NCBI GenBank assembly: GCA_049279635.1
Contig: JBAPOM010000092.1
Span: forward strand, 60,457-124,456
Length of the DNA stretch: 64,000 bases
Direction of reading: 5' to 3'
Source of the DNA: Candidatus Acidiferrales bacterium
GTDB lineage: Bacteria > Acidobacteriota > Terriglobia > Acidiferrales > UBA7541
Part shown: one piece after another, positions 57,505 through 64,000 of the stretch
Layout: every line of letters starts with the position of its first letter
Position numbering within the stretch: the first letter of the stretch is position 1
Notes under the pieces: model-generated
Told to the model about the DNA's origin: nothing
The model's input: only the letters and a program-made list of their open reading frames with translations
The model's database searches: none
Translations under genes and position numbers: made by a program

Positions 57505-58299
57505 ATGAAGTTTTCTGTCACGATCCTGTGTGCGTGTTCGGTGTTTGCGGGGATGGGCGCGACATGCCGGGCGCAGAGCGCTCCCACGCCACCGCCGAAC
57601 ACGACGATCATTCCGGAGAAAACGAGAACGGCCGACTATGCGACTCTGGGTTCGCTGCCCGATTGGAGCGGCATCTGGGTCCTCAATTTTCCGAAACGCG
57701 GCGATGCCCCTCCCGAGGAGCCGTCGTTTACTCCGGCAGCCGCAGCCGAACTGAAAGTGCTGCAGGCCGACGAAGCGAAGAACGAAGAACCCGCGACCGA
57801 GAGCGCGAACTGCGTGCCGCCGGGGATGCCGCAGATCATGTTTCAGCCGTACGACGTCGAATTTCTGTTTACGCCGGGGCGCGTGACAATCATCCAGGAA
57901 GCCTACATGCAGGTGCGGCGCGTCTTCACCGACGGGCGCGGACATCCCGCCAGTCTCGATCCCACGTTCAACGGCGATTCGATCGGGCACTGGGAGGGCG
58001 ACACGCTGGTGATCGACACAATCGGCCTGGGACATAAATTGCCGCTCGGCTACAATCGGATGAATCACGGGCCGAAGATGCAGGTGGTCGAAAGGATTCG
58101 CATGACCAGCCCCGATACGCTCGAAGATCGCATGACGCTGACCGACCCCGACGTACTCGCGCAGCCGTGGCATACCGTGCATACGTTCACGCGCCACCGC
58201 GAGTGGAACCAGCTGGAATTTATCTGCGAGGAAAATAATCGGAATCCGATCAACGACAAGACCGGGCAGGTCTCGACGATTCTCGGCAAAGATAAATGA
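57505..58299 (+). CDS. Secreted hypothetical protein (paralog A2)
   Basis: MKFSVTILCACSVFAGMGATCRAQ leader, with ATG 57505 lying 5 nt after GGAGG. It shares NCVPPGMPQIM and GDSIGHWEGDTLVIDT with 55537-56325. Confidence 0.65.
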   Translation: MKFSVTILCACSVFAGMGATCRAQSAPTPPPNTTIIPEKTRTADYATLGSLPDWSGIWVLNFPKRGDAPPEEPSFTPAAAAELKVLQADEAKNEEPATESANCVPPGMPQIMFQPYDVEFLFTPGRVTIIQEAYMQVRRVFTDGRGHPASLDPTFNGDSIGHWEGDTLVIDTIGLGHKLPLGYNRMNHGPKMQVVERIRMTSPDTLEDRMTLTDPDVLAQPWHTVHTFTRHREWNQLEFICEENNRNPINDKTGQVSTILGKDK

Positions 58300-58321
58300 G
58301 CGCTTGCCGCGAAAATAAAAG

Positions 58322-58347
58322 GGCTGCCGCTCGATTGCGGCAGCCCC
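58322..58347. terminator. Perfect 10-bp GC-rich hairpin after the A2 gene
   Basis: gggctgccgc (58322-58331) pairs with gcggcagccc (58338-58347), giving a 6-nt loop. It lies 22 nt after the stop codon. There is no T-tract. Confidence 0.5.
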
Positions 58348-58524
58348 GTGAATCCTAAACGCTAGCGTTGAGTCGGCAGGGACCTACTTTTTTTTCTCGG
58401 CCTTTGCGGCTTTCTTCGGCTTCTTCGCCATTCGAGTTCCTCCACGATCGACTTGTGCCCCCGCGGGCAGTTGCCACACTTATAAGCAATTTTTGCCCCG
58501 GCGTCCAGCACGTCATCGCACCCG

Positions 58525-59325
58525 CTAGTAATTTGGCGGGCAGTCGAGGCGGACTACGATGCCTTCCAGGGCGGGGCTTGCGGCGGGGTAGCGCTTCATC
58601 ACGAGCGGGTCGTGGCCGGGTACGATGTGTGCCGGAGAATCGGCGAGGCGATGGAGCGTGTTGTATCCCTCGAGCGTCTCTGCGACGCTGTACACCACGG
58701 GGAACGGGCGGCGCTGCTCGAAATTAGCGTAGAGATGCGAAGCATCCGAGGCGATGACGACCCAGCCGCGCTTCGTCCACACGCGCGCGACCTGCAGCCC
58801 GGCGGAATGGCCGCCGATGCGGTGCAGCGTGAAGCCGGGAGCGAGTTCGGCACGATCGTCGTGGAAGACGGCCCTTTCCGCATAGACGTGGCGCACCATC
58901 GAGAGCGTGTTTTCAAGATCGAACGGCGCCCGCAGGCTTTCGTGGCACATGCAGCGGCCGGTCGCAAACGCCATTTCGCTATCCTGCAGGTGGAATCGCC
59001 CGCGCGGCAGAAGATCGAGATTTCCGGCGTGATCGTAATGGAGATGCGTGAGGACTACGCTGGTTACGTCGGCGGGATCGAGGCCCAGTAGGCGCAGGGA
59101 TTCGATGGGGCAGCGGAGCCATTCGCGGCGGCGGCGCTCGGCGGCCTCTTTGCCGAAGCCCGTATCGATCAGGAAAAGGCGGTCGCTGCGGCGCACGACC
59201 CACACGAAATAATCGAGGTCTGAGGCGAATTCGTGCAGATCGGCCAGGATGAAATTCTCGGCCGGGTGGCGATTACCGAGACGGGCGTAACGAATTGCGA
59301 AAATCTCATACGGCTCTGTCTGCAC
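58525..59325 (-). CDS. MBL-fold hydrolase, AiiA-like N-acyl-homoserine-lactonase family
   Basis: LTHLHYDHAGN (HxHxDH), and a later IGGHSAG...ASDASH pattern consistent with the lactonase subfamily. Confidence 0.8.
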   Translation of the reverse strand: MQTEPYEIFAIRYARLGNRHPAENFILADLHEFASDLDYFVWVVRRSDRLFLIDTGFGKEAAERRRREWLRCPIESLRLLGLDPADVTSVVLTHLHYDHAGNLDLLPRGRFHLQDSEMAFATGRCMCHESLRAPFDLENTLSMVRHVYAERAVFHDDRAELAPGFTLHRIGGHSAGLQVARVWTKRGWVVIASDASHLYANFEQRRPFPVVYSVAETLEGYNTLHRLADSPAHIVPGHDPLVMKRYPAASPALEGIVVRLDCPPNY

Positions 59326-59439
59326 GATGCTCCTCGCGTTTGGTTAAGAGCGGCATAGCATGAACCATCGCCGAGCGGAACGTCAATTGTTAGGAGCGCT
59401 GCGGTAGGGCATAATGCGTCGCGATCGACGGAGGGAAGA

Positions 59440-60339
59440 ATGGCGCAGCAGCAAAGTATCGGATTTGTGGGAGTGGGGAGAATGGGCGCCCGCATGGCGC
59501 GGCGGCTGATGGCGGCCGGCTACCCGCTCACCGTTTACGATAGGAGCAAAGCGGCCGTGCAGCCATTGGTCGATGGAGGAGCGAAGCCCGCGGAGTCTCC
59601 CGCCGCCGTGGCGTCGGCGGCCGACATTGTGTTTGCCAGCGTGCCGACGCCGCCGATTGTTGAGGCTGTGGCGCTGGGATCGAAGGGCATCATCGGAGGC
59701 ACGCGCGCGAAGATTTTCATCGACACATCGACTACCGGCGCTACCACGGCCAAGCGCGTGGCGGAAGGGCTCGCCGCGAAAGGAATCACGGCGGTCGACG
59801 CGCCGGTGAGCGGCGGGATCAATAGCGCGGAGAAGGGAACTCTGGCCGTGATGGTCTCGTGCCCGGAGGCGACTTTCGAGATCGTGAAACCCGTGCTCGA
59901 AAATCTTGGCAAGCTTTTCTTCGTAGGGACGCAGGCGGGGCAGGGGCAGACGATGAAGCTGCTGAATAATCTGCTTTCGGCGACGGCCATGGCGATCACT
60001 TCCGAAGCGCTCGTGATGGGAGTGAAGGCGGGGCTCGATCCTGCGCTCGTGATCGACGTATTCAACGCCGGCACCGCGCGCAACAGCGCCTCGCAGGACA
60101 AAATGAAGCAGCACGTGATCTCGCGAAAATTCAGTTACGGTTTCGGGCTCGCGCTCTTGAACAAAGACATCCGGCTGTGCATGTCCGAAGCGGACGCGCT
60201 GGGCGTTCCGATGATCGTGGGCAGCGCGGTGCGGCAGTTGCTGTCGATTTCGACGACGACCGAAGGCGTCGATGCCGATATGACGGCGGTGGCCAAGACC
60301 GTAGAAGCATGGGCGGGCGTACGCATCGGAGAGAAGTGA
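59440..60339 (+). CDS. NAD(P)-dependent beta-hydroxyacid dehydrogenase (3-hydroxyisobutyrate dehydrogenase family)
   Basis: IGFVGVGRMGARMARRL Rossmann motif, DAPVSGG, and a GQGQTMKLLNN motif. Confidence 0.85.
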   Translation: MAQQQSIGFVGVGRMGARMARRLMAAGYPLTVYDRSKAAVQPLVDGGAKPAESPAAVASAADIVFASVPTPPIVEAVALGSKGIIGGTRAKIFIDTSTTGATTAKRVAEGLAAKGITAVDAPVSGGINSAEKGTLAVMVSCPEATFEIVKPVLENLGKLFFVGTQAGQGQTMKLLNNLLSATAMAITSEALVMGVKAGLDPALVIDVFNAGTARNSASQDKMKQHVISRKFSYGFGLALLNKDIRLCMSEADALGVPMIVGSAVRQLLSISTTTEGVDADMTAVAKTVEAWAGVRIGEK

Positions 60340-60371
60340 AGAGTTTTTCATTCCGAGGAGAGGCTCACAAA

Positions 60372-60770
60372 ATGGACAAGAAAACTTTCGATAAGGGACG
60401 CGAAATTCGGAGTGCGGTGCTGGGCAAGGAGTTCGTCGACAATTCGTTTAAGACGGCCGATGAATTCAATCTTCCGCTGCAGGAGCTGGTGACGGAATAC
60501 TGCTGGGGCGCGATCTGGGGGCGCGAGGAGTTGCCGCGCAAGACGCGCAGCATGCTCAATCTCGCGATGATCAGCGCGCTCAACCGTCCCCACGAGCTGA
60601 AGGCGCACATCAAAGGAGCATTGGTTAACGGCGTGACGCCGGTCGAGATCCGCGAAGTCCTGCTGCAAGTGGCGATTTACTGCGGCGTGCCGGCGGCGGT
60701 CGACTCCTTCCGCGTCGCGCGTGAAACGTTCGCGGAGCTGAAGGAGAAAGAGAAAGCTTCGAAATCCTAG
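60372..60770 (+). CDS. Carboxymuconolactone decarboxylase (CMD) family protein
   Basis: EYCWGAIWGREELPRKTRSMLNLAMISALNRPHELKAHIKGALVNGVT is typical of the PcaC/CMD family. ATG 60372 sits behind GAGGAGAGG. Confidence 0.85.
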   Translation: MDKKTFDKGREIRSAVLGKEFVDNSFKTADEFNLPLQELVTEYCWGAIWGREELPRKTRSMLNLAMISALNRPHELKAHIKGALVNGVTPVEIREVLLQVAIYCGVPAAVDSFRVARETFAELKEKEKASKS

Positions 60771-60787
60771 CCTACGGGTCGTGCACA

Positions 60788-62287
60788 ATGGCGACGACGA
60801 TGAGCGAGTTGACGAAACATCGCATGCTGGCGGGCGGCCAGTGGGTCGAGCCTGCGTCCGGTGTGTGGTTCGAGTCGATGAATCCGTACACGGGCCAGCC
60901 GTGGGCGCTCGTCCCGCGCGGGACGAAGGCGGATGTAGACCGCGCGGTCGCCGCGGCCAAGTTCGCTTTCTACGATGGCGAATGGCGCAAGCTGACCGCT
61001 ACCGCGCGCGGCGAGCTGCTGCGCCGCTTCGCTGAGCTCATCACGGTTGAGGCGGACCGGCTCGCCGAGATCGAAACCACGGACAACGGCAAGCTCATCG
61101 CCGAGATGCGCGGGCAGCTCAAATACATCCCCCAGTGGTTCCACTATTTCGGCGGGCTTGCGGACAAGATCGAGGGCCGCGTCATCCCGATCGACAAGCC
61201 GGGCGTATTCAATTTCACGCGGGAAGAGCCGCTCGGAGTGATCGCCGCGATCACGCCGTGGAATTCGCCGCTCCTGCTGGCGACGTGGAAGCTCGCGCCG
61301 GCGCTCGCCGCGGGGAATACCGTGGTGTGGAAGCCATCGGAGTTTTCCTCCGTTTCGGCGCTCGCGTTCGGCGAACTCTTCGAGCGCGCGGGATTTCCTC
61401 CGGGAGTGGTCAACATCGTCACGGGGTTTGGCAGTGAGGTGGGCGAGCCGCTCATCACGCATCGCGACGTTGCGAAAATCGCTTTTACCGGCGGCGATCG
61501 AACGGGCGAGCACGTCTATGGCCTCGCGGCGAAAGGCATCAAGCACATCACGCTTGAGCTCGGCGGAAAATCGGCGAACATCGTTTTCGAGGATGCCGAT
61601 CTCGATCAAGCCGTGAAGGGCGTCGTCTCGGGCATTTTCGCCGCCACCGGGCAGACGTGCATTGCAGGCTCGCGCGCGCTGATCCATCGCCCTGTGCTCG
61701 ACGAATTTGTCGAAAAGCTGCTGGCGCTTGCCAAAACCGCGAAGATGGGCAATCCGCTCGACATGGGCACGCAGGTTGGCCCGATCACCACGCGGCCGCA
61801 ATATGAAAAAGTTCTCGACTATATTCGCATCGCCAAGGAAGAAGGAGCGCTCTGCCGGCTGGGCGGCGCGCCCGCGCAGCGGCCCGAATGCGGGACGGGA
61901 TGGTTCGTCGAGCCGACAATTTTCACTGGCGTGAGGCCCGACATGCGAATCGCGCAGGAGGAAGTATTCGGCCCGGTGCTATCGATCATTCCATTCGACA
62001 CCGAGGACGAAGCCGTCCGCATCGCGAATGGCACGATCTACGGCTTAGCGGCGGGCGTCTGGACGCAGAGCATTCGCCGCGCGCTGACGATGTCCGAGCG
62101 CCTCGAAGCGGGCACCATCTGGGTGAACACGTATCGCGCGGTGAGCTACATGTCGCCCTTCGGCGGCTACAAGCGCTCGGGGATCGGGCGCGAGAGCGGC
62201 GCCGAAGCGATTCGCGAATACCTGCAGACGAAGAGCGTGTGGATCGATATCGCAGGAAATGCGCCCAATCCCTTCGTGATGCGCTAG
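60788..62287 (+). CDS. NAD(P)-dependent aldehyde dehydrogenase
   Basis: ITPWNSP, FTGGDRTG, LELGGKSANIV, GQTCIAGSR, and EEVFGPV. Confidence 0.9.
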   Translation: MATTMSELTKHRMLAGGQWVEPASGVWFESMNPYTGQPWALVPRGTKADVDRAVAAAKFAFYDGEWRKLTATARGELLRRFAELITVEADRLAEIETTDNGKLIAEMRGQLKYIPQWFHYFGGLADKIEGRVIPIDKPGVFNFTREEPLGVIAAITPWNSPLLLATWKLAPALAAGNTVVWKPSEFSSVSALAFGELFERAGFPPGVVNIVTGFGSEVGEPLITHRDVAKIAFTGGDRTGEHVYGLAAKGIKHITLELGGKSANIVFEDADLDQAVKGVVSGIFAATGQTCIAGSRALIHRPVLDEFVEKLLALAKTAKMGNPLDMGTQVGPITTRPQYEKVLDYIRIAKEEGALCRLGGAPAQRPECGTGWFVEPTIFTGVRPDMRIAQEEVFGPVLSIIPFDTEDEAVRIANGTIYGLAAGVWTQSIRRALTMSERLEAGTIWVNTYRAVSYMSPFGGYKRSGIGRESGAEAIREYLQTKSVWIDIAGNAPNPFVMR

Positions 62288-62298
62288 TGCGCCCGCCG

Positions 62299-63552
62299 TC
62301 AGGCAGCTTTAAGCGATGGCTCGGGCTTCGCGGCGCGGCCAATCCACCACCAGAGAGCAGTTCCCAGCGCCGGAATCAGACTCAGCGAGATGAAAGTGGC
62401 TGCGTACTGCTGCTGGTCGAAGAAGCGTCCGTAGATTGGCAGCAGTATCGCCACTACAGCCGACCACGCGCCCGAGCCGATTCCCGCGACCATGCCGGTC
62501 TCTTCGCGCGGGTAAGCGCGCGCGCTCAAGTGCAATGAGATGACGATGAACGCCACGGCGATAAACATTCCCCAGGAAAAGAACGCCAGCGAGGCAATCC
62601 ACGATGTGGTCCAAGTGGTCATCGAAGTTGCCAGAGCGAGAATGGAGAGCACGACGTACAGTTTCACGGGGCGAGCTTCATCGCGCACGAAGCGGTCACC
62701 GACCCACCCCCAAAAATAATAGCCTAGCTCCCAACACACAGCCGGAATCCAGAGAACTTCGCCTAACTGTTTCTGCGTGAGGCCTGACACTCGATTCAAA
62801 TATAGCGGGCACAGATACAAAATCGGGCCGAGCGCCGCGCCTCCGAGCCCCATTCCCACGACGAGCAGCCAGAAGCGCCGCTCCCATACTTTGGGCCACG
62901 CAATGCGGTTTTTCGCACGTGGTACCGGCCGCAGCAACGGCGGCCGCGCCACAAGCCACCAGACTGCCAGCCACACGACACCGAGCCCGCCGGTGACTAC
63001 GAACGCCGCCCTCCATCCAAAGCGCAGCGCGATCGGCGTGATAATGATCGGCGCGAAAATCGATCCGAGCGACGCGCCGCTATACGAAATTCCCATCCCG
63101 CGCGACTGCCGGTTGAGCGGCAGTGACTCAGCGGCGGTCCGCAAGCCGCCCGGAAACGTCGCGCCTTCGCCCAGGCCCAGCAGCGTGCGCGCTGCGGCGA
63201 AGCCCAGAAATCCCGCGACCCACGCGTGCGACGCGCTCGCAAGCGTCCAGATTCCGACGGCCGCCAGCATCCCGGCGCGCAGGCCGACGTAATCGATCAC
63301 CGATCCCCACAGCGGATTGGCGATCATGTACGCAACGGAAAATGCCGCGACGGCGTCCGCGTAGGCCGATGCGCTCAGTCCCGTGTCTTTGAGAATCATG
63401 GGCGAGATGACGGCGAGGGCCTGCCGGTCGATGTAGGAAAGCCACGAGCACGTCATCATCACCATGACGGGCACCCACATGCGCCAGCCCGGCGCGTACG
63501 AATCCGCGCGGCCGGTCGCGTGCTCGATCGCTTCGGGAGCGGTGCTCGGCAT
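62299..63552 (-). CDS. MFS transporter
   Basis: Twelve hydrophobic segments with an MFS loop motif region (DYVGLRAGM). 417 aa. Confidence 0.85.
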   Translation of the reverse strand: MPSTAPEAIEHATGRADSYAPGWRMWVPVMVMMTCSWLSYIDRQALAVISPMILKDTGLSASAYADAVAAFSVAYMIANPLWGSVIDYVGLRAGMLAAVGIWTLASASHAWVAGFLGFAAARTLLGLGEGATFPGGLRTAAESLPLNRQSRGMGISYSGASLGSIFAPIIITPIALRFGWRAAFVVTGGLGVVWLAVWWLVARPPLLRPVPRAKNRIAWPKVWERRFWLLVVGMGLGGAALGPILYLCPLYLNRVSGLTQKQLGEVLWIPAVCWELGYYFWGWVGDRFVRDEARPVKLYVVLSILALATSMTTWTTSWIASLAFFSWGMFIAVAFIVISLHLSARAYPREETGMVAGIGSGAWSAVVAILLPIYGRFFDQQQYAATFISLSLIPALGTALWWWIGRAAKPEPSLKAA

Positions 63553-63586
63553 GGGCGTTACGCCTCGCCGCTAGGTTGCGCGAGTG

Positions 63587-64000
63587 CTAATCGTAATATT
63601 TCGGGGCTTTCTTGAGCTTCGCGTTCGCGACGAAATCGTGCTCGATCCAGAGCTGCGTGTTTGTCTTCTTGAGGTAGGTTTCGATCATCGCGCGGCTCGC
63701 GAGCGTTTCCTGCGCGTTGTATTCGAAAGAAGGCACGCGATTCAGCTTGCGCTCCTCGGGATAGTGATAGAGATCGCCGGAGAGCATCACATTTCCCGTA
63801 TGCGCGAGCTTCACGATCAGCACCTGATGGCCCGGCGTGTGGCCCGGCGCGGACTTGATGATGACCTTGCCGTCGCCGAAAACATCGTATTCATCGGTCG
63901 TGATCAGGATGGTCTTGCTGTCCTTCAGCTCGTTGTAAGTCTTGGGCGTGGCAATTGCAGGCGGCTTTTCGGCGAACATCGCATCGCGCTCGACCTGCCG
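63587..64000 (-). CDS. MBL-fold hydrolase, AiiA-like (N-terminus beyond the window edge)
   Basis: Only the C-terminal part is visible (APGHTPGHQVLIV, MLSGDLYHY). The frame stays open to base 64000, and the HxHxDH motif is not yet seen. Confidence 0.7.
   Translation of the reverse strand, partial: RQVERDAMFAEKPPAIATPKTYNELKDSKTILITTDEYDVFGDGKVIIKSAPGHTPGHQVLIVKLAHTGNVMLSGDLYHYPEERKLNRVPSFEYNAQETLASRAMIETYLKKTNTQLWIEHDFVANAKLKKAPKYYD

Overview
Dense, GC-rich (roughly 60-65% by eye) chromosomal segment with about 50 protein-coding genes. I recognised no rRNA, tRNA, CRISPR array, transposase, integrase or prophage genes. The gene content suggests an Acidobacteriota-like soil bacterium: an Acidobacteria-style TonB receptor, a planctomycete-type cytochrome c module, a Bat/MoxR envelope operon and many Tat/Sec-exported enzymes. 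That taxonomic call is inference only.

Layout:
- 1-3.1 kb: 3' part of a TonB-dependent receptor.
- 3.2-14.5 kb: a fatty-acid beta-oxidation locus that also carries an SDR, an acyl-CoA synthetase, an APH-type kinase and an ACAD10/11-type dehydrogenase. This part list matches lva/ACAD10-11-type 4-hydroxy/4-oxo-acid catabolism.
- 14.6-16.4 kb: a Tat-exported amidase.
- 16.6-19.4 kb: a three-gene operon of PAS/degenerate-GGDEF, MotA and MotB, with no other flagellar genes in the window.
- 20.6-25.7 kb: three exported redox enzymes in a row. They are a multicopper oxidase, an FAD amine oxidase, and a cytochrome c + PHM/DBH-like copper monooxygenase + TPR fusion.
- 25.9-39.7 kb: an eight-gene, translationally coupled operon. 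It comprises DUF4159, VWA, a Cys-less clan-CD-like protein, a TPR-HExxH protein, MoxR, DUF58, a BatA-N/VWA protein and a 1221-aa Q-rich protein. This is my best candidate for an uncharacterised system.
- 39.9-54.2 kb: a nucleoside and reductive pyrimidine catabolic supercluster (NUP-family protein, dihydropyrimidinase, PreT/PreA, NCS1 transporter, ALDH, beta-ureidopropionase, DeoB, DeoA, Cdd, DeoC), with two low-GC small membrane ORFs.
- 54.3-58.3 kb: a duplicated module of unknown function. It has two membrane paralogs, two secreted paralogs with Cys/Met motifs, and two small secreted paralogs whose predicted mature N-terminus is His-His. It may handle metal.
- 58.5-64.0 kb: a dehydrogenase/CMD/ALDH/MFS cluster flanked by two AiiA-like MBL hydrolases.

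All family assignments come from motif recognition by eye, not from searches. Many long ORFs in the track are antisense or out-of-frame artefacts of high GC and were rejected.
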